Source of the DNA: an uncultured Planctomycetota bacterium | GTDB taxonomy: Bacteria > Planctomycetota > Phycisphaerae > Tepidisphaerales > Tepidisphaeraceae | DNA: 64,000 nucleotides | Assembly: GCA_963841915.1 (NCBI GenBank) | Contig: CAWJEN010000006.1 | Location: 1,280,001-1,344,000 of the forward strand | Direction: 5' to 3' | In this document: piece after piece, positions 1-11,159 of the stretch | Layout: every line of letters begins with the position of its first letter | Numbering within the stretch: position 1 is the first letter of the stretch | Position numbers and translations under genes: made by a program | The notes under the pieces: model-generated | What the model saw: only the letters and a program-made list of their open reading frames with translations | Database searches by the model: none | What the model was told of the DNA's origin: nothing

Positions 1-40
1 CCCCCTGACCGGCATCGCCCGGTCGCCAGGAGAACCCACC

Positions 41-1084
41 ATGAAGCACACTGCTTCCCCCACACGTAGCCGTCGCTTCGGCTTCACGCTCGTCGAGCTG
101 CTCGTTGTCATCGGCATCATCGCGCTGCTGATCTCGATCCTGCTGCCGTCGCTGAACCGTGCCCGTGAGTCGGCCAACCGTGTCAAGTGCGCCAGCAACC
201 TGCGGCAAATTGGCCAGGCGATGCGTCAGTACGCCATCGACGACATCCGCTCGGCTTCGTACCCGCGGACGATTTACATCCCGCAGGTCGCCGAGAAGGG
301 CTTCAACCGTGGCACCGCCGCGGCGCTGGCCGGTTCAGGCGCTGGTGTTCTCGAGTCGGCAACGACGACGGCCGATCCGTTCCGGACTCCCGCCAACGCG
401 AATCCGACCACGAATGCCATGGGCACGAATGCCAACGTGCTGGCGAACGATGTCTCGGCCGCCATGTGGCACCTGATCCGCAACAGCGACATCGTTCCGG
501 CGGTGTTCCTCTGCCCGAGCAGCAACGCCACCGAGGTTGATCTGGCCGACGGTCGGACCGTCAGCAACTACGCGAACTGGGCTGACTTCAACAACAACAG
601 CAGCTACAGCTTCCAGGTCATGTACGCCGACCCAGCCTCGGTCGGCCGTGGCTTCAAGTGGACTGACGCCCTCGGGCCGTCAGTCGCTATTGCCTCGGAC
701 AAGAATCCGGGCATCACCGCCAGCGTCGACATGGTGACCTTCGGTGGCGGCGACACTGCTCTTCCGGCCGTTGCCAACGCTGCTGACAACGCCTCGAGCA
801 AGCAGCTCGAGCGGGCCAACAGCAACAACCACGGCAAGGACGGACAGAACGTCCTCTTTGCCGATGGCAGCGTCCGCTTCGAGCAGACTGCCTTCTGTGG
901 TGCGAGTGACGACAACATCTTCACCCGCCAGGTTGCTCCGGCCGCCGGTGATGCGGTGAATCGGAGCCAGAACGGTCAGCTCGCATCTGACACGGCAAGC
1001 TACGCCGATCAGACCGGCCCGACGACCTTCCAATTCAACCCCTACGACGAGCTCGACAGCCTCCTGCTGCCGACCGACGACTGA
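41..1084 (+). CDS. Prepilin-type N-terminal cleavage/methylation protein, DUF1559 / H-X9-DG family
   Basis: [26 protein letters not shown]-terminus, [14 protein letters not shown] and C-terminal [16 protein letters not shown] (H-X9-DG); AGGAG RBS upstream. Confidence 0.93.
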   Translation: MKHTASPTRSRRFGFTLVELLVVIGIIALLISILLPSLNRARESANRVKCASNLRQIGQAMRQYAIDDIRSASYPRTIYIPQVAEKGFNRGTAAALAGSGAGVLESATTTADPFRTPANANPTTNAMGTNANVLANDVSAAMWHLIRNSDIVPAVFLCPSSNATEVDLADGRTVSNYANWADFNNNSSYSFQVMYADPASVGRGFKWTDALGPSVAIASDKNPGITASVDMVTFGGGDTALPAVANAADNASSKQLERANSNNHGKDGQNVLFADGSVRFEQTAFCGASDDNIFTRQVAPAAGDAVNRSQNGQLASDTASYADQTGPTTFQFNPYDELDSLLLPTDD

Positions 1085-1121
1085 TCTTCGGTCTGCCTGC
1101 TAGCAGGTTGACCCCATAGTC

Positions 1122-1153
1122 GAACCGCCCGCCTCTTCGGAGGCGGGCGGTTC
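1122..1153. terminator. Hairpin between convergent genes (probable bidirectional terminator)
   Basis: GAACCGCCCGCCTC-TTCG-GAGGCGGGCGGTTC: perfect 14-bp stem with UUCG loop. Confidence 0.8.
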
Positions 1154-1181
1154 TCGTATGGCACAAGACGTGGCTTCTCGG

Positions 1182-2321
1182 CTACTTCTGTTTCCGCGGC
1201 ACCAGCGGCAACTCGTCGAGCCCCAGGTCGTCGAGAAACGAGCGTCGTGGCAGCAGCTCGCCCGCGTGCCGCACAATGGCTGCCGATCGTGGCGCGACGA
1301 TGTCGAACCGACGCAGCTTTGCCAGCATGACCCGAGCGCCACCAAGGTCTTTGCCTGGCAGCCCGAGCGTCCCACCTGGTGCAATGGTCGCGCCGATGTC
1401 CAGCGGCTCGAATGCCTCCCGCTCCGCGGACGTCACCAGCACTGCCTCAGTGCCCACGTTCGTGATGGTGATTCTGCCATCGGCGAACCCTGCCGTAACG
1501 GCCACATCGTCTTGCCGAACCGGCTCGCCGGCGTCACGTGGCAGGTCGAGTTCGAACGTCTGACCGAGTTCGTGCTGCACGTTGAAGACGGCCACGAAGT
1601 CGGCCGTGTATTCCGCCAGATATCCTGCAAACCCCATGGCCGGTGCGTCACCTGGCCGCTTGAGGTCGACAATCACTGGCTTACCAATGTGTCGTTCGAG
1701 CAACGGTTCGTAGGCGTTGGCCGCCAGGCCTCTGGTGACGAGCGTGTCGCCGATTTGCGTCACACTGCCTTGCTGCGTTGCCAGCATCTGACTATCGGGT
1801 CGAGCCTTGACGACTTGCCCGACGACAAGGTTGACCGCTTTGGAAAACGCGTCGCGCAGCGTATTGACGAAGATCCGGACCTTCCGCCAGACGCGGCGGA
1901 ACAGGCCTGGGTTGAAGCTTCGCTCCACCTGCCGGTCGCGCTCGCGGCGTCCTTGTTCTGTCATCGTTTCGTGCGCCCGCAACAGGCCCAGCGTTTTGCC
2001 GGTAAGTTCGGCGGGATAAATCATGACGCTAGACCGACGCCTGCCGAGTCGGTCCACGCCTGGGGTCGTGAACCGCACCTCCACGCCCTCACTCAGCACA
2101 TCGAGCGTGCCCCAGACGACGGCCCCGTCGCTCCGCTCGATTGTCACGCGGTCGCCGTTGAGGAGCTTCAAGCACTTGTCGCGGGACCAGCGTGTCAGCA
2201 GTGCCGTCACGATCGCTCCGCCGAAGACGAAGACGAGTGTCAGGAAGAAAAGAGAATCGAAACCGAACCAACCGCCACTGGGCGTGGGCGGCGTGGCTTG
2301 GGCGAGCATCACGATCGTCAT
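1182..2321 (-). CDS. Hypothetical membrane-anchored protein
   Basis: Long ORF with typical composition and one N-terminal TM helix (LFFLTLVFVFGGAIVTALL); start placed at MTIVMLAQ. Confidence 0.7.
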   Translation of the reverse strand: MTIVMLAQATPPTPSGGWFGFDSLFFLTLVFVFGGAIVTALLTRWSRDKCLKLLNGDRVTIERSDGAVVWGTLDVLSEGVEVRFTTPGVDRLGRRRSSVMIYPAELTGKTLGLLRAHETMTEQGRRERDRQVERSFNPGLFRRVWRKVRIFVNTLRDAFSKAVNLVVGQVVKARPDSQMLATQQGSVTQIGDTLVTRGLAANAYEPLLERHIGKPVIVDLKRPGDAPAMGFAGYLAEYTADFVAVFNVQHELGQTFELDLPRDAGEPVRQDDVAVTAGFADGRITITNVGTEAVLVTSAEREAFEPLDIGATIAPGGTLGLPGKDLGGARVMLAKLRRFDIVAPRSAAIVRHAGELLPRRSFLDDLGLDELPLVPRKQK

Positions 2322-2396
2322 GGCCACAGTCTTGCCGCGATAAGCAGGCCACGCGCGATCATCCATCGCAGCCACCGTTTCGCGTACGATGGCTGT

Positions 2397-4553
2397 ATGC
2401 CCGCGGGACGTTGCACGTTGATGTTCATCACCGCATGCCTGGGCGTTGCTGCCTTGGCATGGGCCCGTCCAGAAGACGCTGTTAGCCGATTGGCCTCGGC
2501 CGACGCTCGGGATCGGCAGGCGGCCGAGCAGGAACTCATCGACGCCGGCATGGATGCCCGACCGGCACTCGAGGCAGCCGAAGAAGATCCGTCACCCGCC
2601 GTCCGGCAGGCGGCGGCCATCCTGTTGCTGCGACTCGACGCCGGAGTCAACGAGATGCCCCTGCCTCTCGTCGACACGCTCGGCCCGCTGGCCGTGCAGG
2701 CTGTCACTGGGAACATCCAGGCGCAGTCGCAACTCCTGCGCTGGCCTGCGGCATCGTCACCTGCACTGGCCAGGGTGGTGCAGAACGGTCTTGTCACGGA
2801 CGACCGTCGTCTCGGTGCCGCGGCGGCCGTGCTGCTTCAACGCAGCCGCGACTTCTTCAGGCTAGCCCACGGCCGCACCGCCATCAGTCAGGTCGACCGA
2901 ACCGCGTTTGTCGGGGCGATGGCTCGGCTTGACCCCTCCGGATCGCTCGTGATCCGGTGGCTGGAGGCGGCGCTGGAACGCGAGCATGTGCAGCACGGCA
3001 ATGAACGCACGGACGCCATCAAGCGTGCACTTGCCGCCTCCGACAAGGCGAGCGACTTGTGGCGATGGATCGACGGCGACATCGACGCGCCGACGCCGCC
3101 GGACCTGGCCTTCATGTCGCCGGATGATCAGGCGATTACGGAGGCCGCTCGGGCGATTTTGTTCGGCCGCGAGCCGACGAACCGCCCGGCAGACGAACTC
3201 GCCGACGCCGCCGTCGGGCGAGCGGTGGCGCTCGTGGCCGACGACGAGGCGAAGCTGCTCCAGGCGACCGACCGACTGGCTGCGGTCGGCACGCGGATGT
3301 CCTCGCCGCAGGCATTGGCACTGGCTGGGAAGCCTGACGAGGCGCTGCGTTTTGCTGCCATTCATGACCCGGTCGACCATCTCGGGTTGCAATGGCTTAC
3401 CGGTGATCTGGCAGCGGTTTCGGATTTTGGTGCCGCCGCCGGCGTGGGGAACCGCCAGGACCCTGAGGCGGTGCAACAGGCCCGGTACCGGCTTGTCCAG
3501 ATGCTCAGGCAAGCACACGGCCGCTCGCGGGAACCGGTCGAGCCGTTCCACACGCAGATTGCCGATGCCGCGTCGGCCGCCCTTGCGGGTGAGTCGGTGG
3601 TGCAGGACATCAAGGTGCTCCGCCGCAATGACCCCACCCAGGCGGGTTGGTCTGCCGTGGAGGCCGACCTGACAGATAACGCGGCCTTGGCCAAAGTCGC
3701 ATGGCTGATGCCGCTCGACGACGCCGTCGCTCGGCTCGACGCGGCCGACCTGCGACTGGCCTTTGCCGAGGATGCCGTCACGCGAGCGGCGGCCATCGAT
3801 GACGTCATCGACGCCGTGCTGTTTCACCTCATCACGCCACCCGACGAGAATCGCGACTACCCGACCGGGGCCATGTTGTACGAGGTTCGGCGTGCGATGC
3901 GGCTTGCCGAAGAAGCGGGCGACGACGAGACGGCGCTTCGCCTGTCGGCCGTTGTGGCGTTGTTGCCGTTTCGCAGCGATGTCTACAAGGCGATGAGTCA
4001 CGAGGGCATTCTGTGGGCCCCGGCCCGGCCGGCGTCGAACGTGCTCGGGTCGGTCGCCGAGGTGCATCGCTATCGCCTGCGTCGGGCACAACGCGATGGC
4101 AATGACGCCGCGGCACAACGTGAGTACAAGCTTGCGTACGACCTGGCACCAATGGATGTAGCGGCGACCATTGATCGCGTGCGACACCTCGACGCTACCG
4201 ACCGCCGCGACGAGGCGGGCACTGTGTTCAACGAGGCGTTTGCTCGCGTGCAGGAACGGGTCGTCCAGTATGGCCAGTCGGCCACGATGCACAATCAGGC
4301 ATCGTGGCTGGCGGCGCGGGTGGGCAGGCGGCCGGATCTGGCCCGCAGCTATGCCGCGACGGCGACGGCGCTCCTGCCGCACTCGCCGGCGTACCTGGAC
4401 ACGCTCGCTGAGGCCTTTGCCGCCGATGGCCAGCGACCGCAAATGGAACAGACGATGCGGGAAGTGTTGCTCATCAGCCGCGACGCCGAGCTGCCGTTGT
4501 ACATCAGACGCCTGCGGGAGATGCGGCAGTCGCTGGATGAGCGGGCGAAGTAG
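2397..4553 (+). CDS. Exported alpha-helical repeat (HEAT/TPR-like) protein
   Basis: Signal-like N-terminus, HEAT-like RLASADARDRQAAEQELIDAG, C-terminal TPR-like HNQASWLAA...AYLDTLAEA; the ORF-track extension to 1158 is antisense shadow. Confidence 0.75.
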   Translation: MPAGRCTLMFITACLGVAALAWARPEDAVSRLASADARDRQAAEQELIDAGMDARPALEAAEEDPSPAVRQAAAILLLRLDAGVNEMPLPLVDTLGPLAVQAVTGNIQAQSQLLRWPAASSPALARVVQNGLVTDDRRLGAAAAVLLQRSRDFFRLAHGRTAISQVDRTAFVGAMARLDPSGSLVIRWLEAALEREHVQHGNERTDAIKRALAASDKASDLWRWIDGDIDAPTPPDLAFMSPDDQAITEAARAILFGREPTNRPADELADAAVGRAVALVADDEAKLLQATDRLAAVGTRMSSPQALALAGKPDEALRFAAIHDPVDHLGLQWLTGDLAAVSDFGAAAGVGNRQDPEAVQQARYRLVQMLRQAHGRSREPVEPFHTQIADAASAALAGESVVQDIKVLRRNDPTQAGWSAVEADLTDNAALAKVAWLMPLDDAVARLDAADLRLAFAEDAVTRAAAIDDVIDAVLFHLITPPDENRDYPTGAMLYEVRRAMRLAEEAGDDETALRLSAVVALLPFRSDVYKAMSHEGILWAPARPASNVLGSVAEVHRYRLRRAQRDGNDAAAQREYKLAYDLAPMDVAATIDRVRHLDATDRRDEAGTVFNEAFARVQERVVQYGQSATMHNQASWLAARVGRRPDLARSYAATATALLPHSPAYLDTLAEAFAADGQRPQMEQTMREVLLISRDAELPLYIRRLREMRQSLDERAK

Positions 4554-4576
4554 ACACGTGTCTCCTAGCATGCCAG

Positions 4577-5131
4577 ATGCCTCGCACCCTCACCAAACTC
4601 GTCGTCGGCGTCGCGTTGTTGGCCGGTCTCGCCCACGCCGCCCCGTCAACGCGTCCGGCACTGGATGTCGCCCCACTGAGTTGGGCACCGCACGGCGAAC
4701 CGACTGCCACGCCGGAGGTGCTGGAGAACGAGTTTGTCACGATCGAGCAGGTGCTGGCCGACCCGGCGAAGCTCGCCGATGAAGAGGTGACGGTCGTCGG
4801 CCGCATCTCGGACGTCTGCAGCAAGGCCGGCTGCTGGATCAAGCTTCAGCCGCTTGACGCAGACGTGCATGCACCGACGGCCAAAGGGCTCGATACGAAG
4901 AGCGTCTTCGTGAAGCTGGTCTGTCAGAGCGACGGCTTCCTCGTGCCCGTCGAAAGCAAGGGCCAGGTCGCTTTTGCCCGCGGCAAGGTGGTTGTCGAGC
5001 AGGTCGACGAAGCGACGGCCCGTCACTATGCCGAAGACGCCGGTGCGAGCGATGAAGACGTCGCGGCCATCGTCGGTGAGCAGACGACGATCCGCCTCAT
5101 GACGCCCGGCGTGCACGTGGCCGAGCAGTAA
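4577..5131 (+). CDS. DUF4920-like exported OB-fold protein
   Basis: Signal peptide; V-x-G-x-I-x-DVCSKAGCWI motif; ARHYAEDAG. Confidence 0.75.
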   Translation: MPRTLTKLVVGVALLAGLAHAAPSTRPALDVAPLSWAPHGEPTATPEVLENEFVTIEQVLADPAKLADEEVTVVGRISDVCSKAGCWIKLQPLDADVHAPTAKGLDTKSVFVKLVCQSDGFLVPVESKGQVAFARGKVVVEQVDEATARHYAEDAGASDEDVAAIVGEQTTIRLMTPGVHVAEQ

Positions 5132-5152
5132 GTAGAAGTCTTCCGACGAGCG

Positions 5153-6124
5153 TCAGGTGCTCGGCATGGCTGCGAGCCAGACTGCGTCGGCTGATGCTTC
5201 GACATCGCGTGCTTCACAGGCAGCCGGAACGAGCAGCGTGGTGCCCACGCTCGCGGCGACGCCGCCGACGGTCGCGTTGCCCTGCACGACCATGCAGACG
5301 ACGCAACCAGCCGGTAGCGTGCCAGAGCCGGTCGTGCGGGTCAATTTGAATTGCGGTGCGGACGTGATGACGCCATCACCGGTAGCCGGCGGAGGAGCCT
5401 GCGGGCCTGTGCCTGCAAAGTCGATGCACTGCATCGCCTGATCGACGTGCAGCTCCCGTTCTTCGCCGGTTTTGGGGTCTTTGCGTTTGAAGTCGTAAAC
5501 GCGGTACGTCGTGTCGCTGGGCGTTTGTACCTCTGCCACGAGGATGCCACCGCCAAGAGCGTGGACGGTGCCGCTGGGCAGATAGTGGCACGACCCCAGC
5601 TCAGGCGGGACGGCGTTGATGAGGTTTTCGACGGTGCCATTTTCGATGCTCGCGGCGAACTGTTCCTTCGTGACGCCGGGCTTGAGGCCTTTGAGCAGCC
5701 GCTTATTCGGCTCGGTCTGCAGGACGTACCACGTCTCGTTCTTGAGGTGAGCGTCCGCGTGAGCAGAGGCGTAGGCGTCGTCGGGGTGGACCTGCACGCT
5801 CAGGTCATCGCCTGCGTCGAGGAACTTGATCAGCAGCGGAAACTGCGGACCGTGCGGCGTGGCGACGGGCTTCGCGTCGCCGAGCAGCTTGGCACGCGTC
5901 GCGTCGTCGGCCATAAGGTCGTGGAGCGTTGTGCCGTCTGACGTGGCGGCGCTCGACCATGCTTCTTTGTCGACGACGCCGGGCGGGAAGTCGAAAAGTT
6001 CCCAAGATTCGCCGATGGGCTCATCGGCCGGCAGGTCTTTGCCGAACTGCTTGAGCCGACGGCCGCCCCACATTTTGGGGACAAGGCGTGGCTGAAAATA
6101 AAGGGGGCGTGACAGATCGGGCAT
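5153..6124 (-). CDS. manA: Mannose-6-phosphate isomerase, class I (cupin)
   Basis: KMWGGRRL, IGESWE, FPLLIKFLDAGDDLSVQVHPDD, GTVHALG, EVQTPSDTTYRVYD. Confidence 0.92.
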   Translation of the reverse strand: MPDLSRPLYFQPRLVPKMWGGRRLKQFGKDLPADEPIGESWELFDFPPGVVDKEAWSSAATSDGTTLHDLMADDATRAKLLGDAKPVATPHGPQFPLLIKFLDAGDDLSVQVHPDDAYASAHADAHLKNETWYVLQTEPNKRLLKGLKPGVTKEQFAASIENGTVENLINAVPPELGSCHYLPSGTVHALGGGILVAEVQTPSDTTYRVYDFKRKDPKTGEERELHVDQAMQCIDFAGTGPQAPPPATGDGVITSAPQFKLTRTTGSGTLPAGCVVCMVVQGNATVGGVAASVGTTLLVPAACEARDVEASADAVWLAAMPST

Positions 6125-6213
6125 AGCGAGTTGATGCGAGAGGTGGCAATGGAAGCGTTTGGGGCGGATACTAGAAGTCGACTCGCCCGGCCCTTTCCGC
6201 TGACGCCTACCTG

Positions 6214-7593
6214 ATGTCCGTCGCCAAGACATTTGTTATCGATACCAACGTGCTCTTGCACGACCCCAAAGCCCTGTTCGTCTTCGACGAGCACGACGTG
6301 GTCATCCCGTTCGAGGTGATCGAGGAGCTCGACACCTTCAAGACCCGCACCGACGAAGTCGGCCGGGCCGCCCGCGAGACGATCCGGCACCTCGATGCAT
6401 TCCGCAAGCGCGGCGTGCTGGCAGAGGGCGTGCGGGTCATTCATCCCGACACCGCTCACGAAGGTGGCTGCCTGACGGTCGTGCTCGACACCAACGGCAT
6501 CGAGGTGCCGGGCCTGCGGGCTCCGACGGTCGACAATCACATCATCCGATGTGCCATCAAGCTGCAACGCGAAGGCAAGAACGTCGTCTTCGTCTCGAAG
6601 GACATTGCCGCCCGAATCAAGGCGCACGCGATGGGCGTCTTCGTCGAAGATTACGAGAACAAGAAGGTCAACTTCGACGGCCTTTACCCCGGCCATCGCG
6701 ACCACGAGGCCGACAGCGAGCAGATCAACGATATCTTCCACGGCGACGGCCAAGTCGCGTTAGAGACGCTCGGGCTCGACGACCTCAACGGCAACGAGTT
6801 CGTCCTGCTCCGCAACAAGGATAACCCGACCCACACCGCCCTTGCCCGGGCGACGCCCGACGCACAATCGGTCCGTCCGGTCAAGCCGCTCAAGCGTCAC
6901 GTGTACGGCGTGATGCCGCGCAACCTGCAGCAGCAGATGGCCTTTGATCTGCTGCTCGACGACGATGTGAAACTCGTCACGCTCATCGGTCAGGCAGGCA
7001 CGGGTAAGACGCTGCTCGCCCTGGCGGCGGGCATGCAGAAAACAGTCAGCGACGGCTTGTATGCCAAGCTCCTCGTCGCCCGGCCGATCATGCCGATGGG
7101 GCGTGACATCGGGTACCTGCCCGGAGACAAAGACGAAAAGCTCGGGGCTTGGATGCAGCCGATCTTCGACAACCTGACCTACCTGCTCGGCCAACGCCTC
7201 AACGGGCACGGCGACGACAAGAGCGAAGATCAAAAGCAACAGATGCGCGGCATCGAGGGCAAAATTGAATCGCTCATGCAAAGCGGCATCGTCGTTCTCG
7301 AACCGCTGACCTATATCCGCGGCAGGAGCATTCCAGACCAGTTCATGGTTGTCGACGAGGCTCAGAACCTCACGCCGCACGAGATCAAGACGATCGCCAG
7401 CCGCGTCGGCGAAGGGACCAAGCTCATCTTCACCGGTGACCCGACGCAGATCGACAATCCTTACCTCGACGCCAGCAGCAACGGCCTGACGTACCTCGTC
7501 GAGCGACTCAAGGGTAAAGACCTGGTCGGCCACGTCACACTCGCCAAGGCCGAACGAAGTGCACTGGCGACCTTGGCGGCAGAGGCTCTATAA
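6214..7593 (+). CDS. PIN-domain PhoH family protein (PhoH2/YlaK-like)
   Basis: PIN FVIDTNVLLHDP; Walker A GQAGTGKT; IGYLPG, YIRGRS, VDEAQN, GDPTQID. Confidence 0.93.
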   Translation: MSVAKTFVIDTNVLLHDPKALFVFDEHDVVIPFEVIEELDTFKTRTDEVGRAARETIRHLDAFRKRGVLAEGVRVIHPDTAHEGGCLTVVLDTNGIEVPGLRAPTVDNHIIRCAIKLQREGKNVVFVSKDIAARIKAHAMGVFVEDYENKKVNFDGLYPGHRDHEADSEQINDIFHGDGQVALETLGLDDLNGNEFVLLRNKDNPTHTALARATPDAQSVRPVKPLKRHVYGVMPRNLQQQMAFDLLLDDDVKLVTLIGQAGTGKTLLALAAGMQKTVSDGLYAKLLVARPIMPMGRDIGYLPGDKDEKLGAWMQPIFDNLTYLLGQRLNGHGDDKSEDQKQQMRGIEGKIESLMQSGIVVLEPLTYIRGRSIPDQFMVVDEAQNLTPHEIKTIASRVGEGTKLIFTGDPTQIDNPYLDASSNGLTYLVERLKGKDLVGHVTLAKAERSALATLAAEAL

Positions 7594-7815
7594 CCGGCAC
7601 AGGCTGCACGGCCTGATGCAGGATAATCCGCCCGCCTTGACTAGATCGGACGTCGGATCGGGATCTTCTGGCGCATCGTGACCGGCGTTCCGTGCCATCG
7701 TGGTGCGATGGGCCTGAGTGGCTCAAAGATTCTCTCTTTTAACGGCGTCCTACCCGTGAATCTGCTTGTCGTCGGCCCCGCCACCCGTTAGGTTCTGATT
7801 GTCCGGAGACACCCA

Positions 7816-9207
7816 ATGCAACGCATCCTCTACACGTCCGTTCTTGTCGTGCCGGTGCTGTCGGCCGCGTCCACGGTGTCGGCTGATGTCGTGCTTGATT
7901 GGAACGCGATGGCCTGCAACATCATGGTCGCCGACACGGATCTGCAAAATCCAGGCATGGCGTCGCGGTCGATGGCGATGGTCAACCTTGCCCTGCACGA
8001 CGGCGTCGCATTGACGACTCCCGGCTTCGGCGACTCCTTCTACGGCTACGGCACGACAGCTCAGTCGCTCGGCCAGTCAGCCGACCGAAACGTCGCCGCC
8101 GCCGTCGCGGCGCACACGGTGTTCATGGCCAATTACCCGGGCCAGAGCACGATGCTCAACGGCCTGCTGAACCAGACGCTCGGCAGCGTCGCCGACGGCC
8201 CCGCCAAGCAAAGCGGCCTGGCCCTGGGCCAGCTCATCGGCAGCAACATCGTCGCTAACCGGGCCAAAGACGGCTGGGACAGCTCCGTTCAGTACACGCA
8301 CACCAACGAGCCGGGGCACTGGCAGCCCGACCCGCTCAACCCGGATCAGCAGGCGTGGGGCCCGGCGTGGGGCAACGTGCAGACATTCGCCCTGCAAACG
8401 CCGAGCGACTTCGCCCCGCCCGAGATGCCGGCGCTGACGAGTCAGGCTTACGCCGACGCCTTCAACGAGGTCAAATCTCTCGGCAGCGTCGAATCGACCG
8501 CACGCACGAGCGAGCAGACGGAGATTGGACTGTTCTGGGCCTACGACCGCGAGGGCATGGGCACGCCGATGCGGCTGTACAACCAGGCCCTTTCGACCGT
8601 CGCCCAGCAGCAAGGCAACACGCTGGAGGACAACGCCAAGCTGTTCGCCAAAGCCGCCGTCGCGACGGCCGATGCGGGCGTCGTGGCATGGCAGAGCAAG
8701 TTTGAGCACGACTTCTGGCGGCCCGTCACCGGGATCCGCGAAGCCGACACCGACGGTAATCCATTGACCGAGGCCGACCCTAACTGGACGCCGCTCGGTG
8801 CGCCCGATGGCCAAGGCGGTGTCGGCTTTACGCCGCCCTTCCCGACGTACCTGTCCGGCCACGCCACGTTCGGCGGCGCGATCTTCGGGGCGCTTCAGGC
8901 CTTCTACGGCACCGACGACATCACCTTCACGCTGCAAAGCGAAGAACTGGTCGACCTCGTCGCCGCCGGTGTCTTCGACGACGACCTACGCACGTTCGAC
9001 AGCTTCAGCGAGGCCATGGCCGAGAACGGGCGTAGCCGCGTCTATCTCGGCATTCACTGGAACTTCGACGACACCGAAGCACAAATCGTCGGCAGCAACA
9101 TCGCCGACAGCGTCTTTGCCAACGCCTTTGTCGCGGTGCCTGAGCCGGGCACGGCAGGCCTGATTGCGATCGGCAGCCTGGTGCTGCTGCGTCGACGTCG
9201 TCATTGA
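7816..9207 (+). CDS. Vanadium-dependent haloperoxidase / PAP2-superfamily protein with PEP-CTERM sorting signal
   Basis: Signal peptide; K-x6-RP (SKFEHDFWRP), PTYLSGH, SRVYLGIHWNFD; C-terminal VPEPGTAGLIAIGSLVLLRRRRH. Confidence 0.88.
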   Translation: MQRILYTSVLVVPVLSAASTVSADVVLDWNAMACNIMVADTDLQNPGMASRSMAMVNLALHDGVALTTPGFGDSFYGYGTTAQSLGQSADRNVAAAVAAHTVFMANYPGQSTMLNGLLNQTLGSVADGPAKQSGLALGQLIGSNIVANRAKDGWDSSVQYTHTNEPGHWQPDPLNPDQQAWGPAWGNVQTFALQTPSDFAPPEMPALTSQAYADAFNEVKSLGSVESTARTSEQTEIGLFWAYDREGMGTPMRLYNQALSTVAQQQGNTLEDNAKLFAKAAVATADAGVVAWQSKFEHDFWRPVTGIREADTDGNPLTEADPNWTPLGAPDGQGGVGFTPPFPTYLSGHATFGGAIFGALQAFYGTDDITFTLQSEELVDLVAAGVFDDDLRTFDSFSEAMAENGRSRVYLGIHWNFDDTEAQIVGSNIADSVFANAFVAVPEPGTAGLIAIGSLVLLRRRRH

Positions 9208-9285
9208 CGCCACTGACGCTCGTCTTCTTCCGACCGCCGCCACCCGTCCCAACCGCCCGCCACCTGACAAGATGGCGATGCGGTT

Positions 9286-9594
9286 TCAATTCGCCGCAAC
9301 GACCTTCTCGACAAAGGCGACACGATCGACGAGGTGCGCCTCGATGCCGTCTCGCAGCGTCATGTCGCTGCTGGGGCAACCGACGCAGGCGCCTAAGAAG
9401 CGGATGGTCACGGTGCCGTCGACGACGCTGACGAGTTCGACGTCACCGCCGTCTTCGCGGACGGCCGGGCGGATGAGCTCCAGGGCGGCTTCAACTTCCC
9501 GTTCCCGCGGCCCGTTAGGCGCGACCGGCTGGACCGACGGGCCCTTCCGTTTTCGCGTCTTTCGTACCAGCGGGAGCGACGGCATCGCCTCCAT
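9286..9594 (-). CDS. NifU/NfuA-like Fe-S cluster carrier
   Basis: IRPAVREDGGDVELV...GACVGCPSSDMTLRDGIE. Confidence 0.88.
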   Translation of the reverse strand: MEAMPSLPLVRKTRKRKGPSVQPVAPNGPREREVEAALELIRPAVREDGGDVELVSVVDGTVTIRFLGACVGCPSSDMTLRDGIEAHLVDRVAFVEKVVAAN

Positions 9595-9693
9595 ACTACA
9601 CGCGCGGACACGATGCCAAGTATGGGACGCCACCACGTCGCCCGACATGTTATCGGCCGATGCGTCACGGCAAGGAGACACTACCGTGTCACC

Positions 9694-11106
9694 ATGCTGC
9701 TGCCCCTGCTTGCTGCGTCGGAGCCTTCAGTCGTTGCCGGTGATGCTGCCGGCCTGCCCGTCGGTCAGACGGCGGCGGCGTTGCTGGTGCTGACGGCCCT
9801 CTTCGCCTGGCTCAACGTCAAGTTCGTCAAACTGCCGACCACTATCGGCGTCATGGCGCTCGCACTGGCGGCCTCTCTGCTCGCTCTTGCCGCCCACGAA
9901 CTGTTCGGCCTCACGCTCGACGATCAGGCAGAACGCATCGTCGCCGGCATCGACTTCGAGGCCTTTGTGCTCGAAGGCGTGCTGGGTTTCCTGCTGTTCG
10001 CCGGCGCGTTGCACGTCGACCTCAATGACCTGCTTCGGCAAAAGTGGGTCATCACCGTGCTTGCGACCCTGGGCGTCGTTGCCAGCGTCTGCGTGGTCGG
10101 GTCGATGGCCTACTTCATCCTGCCGTTGATGGGATTCGAGCTGTCGATCGCACAGGCGTTGCTGCTGGGTGCCGTCGTAACACCGACAGATCCGATCGCG
10201 GTGCTCGGCCTCATGAAGTCGGCCGGTGTGCCCAAAGATCTCGAGACGAAGGTCACCGGCGAGTCGCTCTTCAACGATGGCGTCGGTGTCGTCGTCTTCC
10301 TGGCGCTGCTCGGCATCGCCTACCCGAGCCTGAGCCACAACGGCGGCGAAGCCGAGAGCACGACCAGCCTTATGGCCGACATCGGAGCGTTGTTCCTCGT
10401 CGAAGTCGGTGGCGGCATCCTGGCGGGCCTCGTCGCCGGCTATATCGCCTACCTCTTCATCAAGCGGATCGATCGGTACAGCGTCGAGGTGCTGATCACG
10501 CTCGCACTCGTCACAGCCGTCTATGTTTTCTGTGGCAGCGTCAACCTGTTGGGCCACCACCTCAGTGGTCCGCTCGCCGCCGTCGTCGCTGGCCTGCTCA
10601 TGGGCAACAAGGGCCGCGTCACAGGCATGAGCGACACGACACGCGAACACCTCGACGTCTTCTGGGAGCTGGTCGACGAGGTGCTGAACGCAGTGCTGTT
10701 CGTTCTGATCGGGCTCGAGGTGCTGATCCTGCAGTTCACGGGCAAAGCGCTGCTGGCGGGGCTGGTCATGATCCCTGTGGTGCTGATTGCCCGCTTCGTT
10801 GCCGTCGGCGGCGGTGTGGAGCTGCTCAAGCGGACGAAGCTGCGGACCTCCTTCACGCCCGGTGCCCGACGCGTTCTCGTCTGGGCGGGCCTTCGCGGCG
10901 GGATCAGCGTCGCACTCGCCCTGGCCATTCCTAGGGGTGTCGGTGAGGAGGCGGCCACCCGCGACGCCATCGTAACGGTCGCATATCTCGTTGTTGCCTT
11001 CAGTATCCTCGTGCAGGGGCCGACGGTCCCGCTGGTTGTGCGGCGGGCGGTTCCCAAGTCGCTCCTGGCCGGTCAGCGGGAGTATCCGCGCGAAGGTGAC
11101 AATTGA
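9694..11106 (+). CDS. Na+/H+ antiporter, CPA1 (NhaP-type)
   Basis: About 12 TM helices; [36 protein letters not shown]. Confidence 0.92.
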   Translation: MLLPLLAASEPSVVAGDAAGLPVGQTAAALLVLTALFAWLNVKFVKLPTTIGVMALALAASLLALAAHELFGLTLDDQAERIVAGIDFEAFVLEGVLGFLLFAGALHVDLNDLLRQKWVITVLATLGVVASVCVVGSMAYFILPLMGFELSIAQALLLGAVVTPTDPIAVLGLMKSAGVPKDLETKVTGESLFNDGVGVVVFLALLGIAYPSLSHNGGEAESTTSLMADIGALFLVEVGGGILAGLVAGYIAYLFIKRIDRYSVEVLITLALVTAVYVFCGSVNLLGHHLSGPLAAVVAGLLMGNKGRVTGMSDTTREHLDVFWELVDEVLNAVLFVLIGLEVLILQFTGKALLAGLVMIPVVLIARFVAVGGGVELLKRTKLRTSFTPGARRVLVWAGLRGGISVALALAIPRGVGEEAATRDAIVTVAYLVVAFSILVQGPTVPLVVRRAVPKSLLAGQREYPREGDN

Positions 11107-11159
11107 AAGACAGACCGGCCGGATCATGCCGCCGTGCCAACAACCCGATACGACGGGTG

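Noticed and set aside
1158..2396. N-terminal extension making a 1131-aa protein
   Set aside because: It overlaps the better minus-strand gene and has antisense-shadow composition; a signal peptide begins near 2397.
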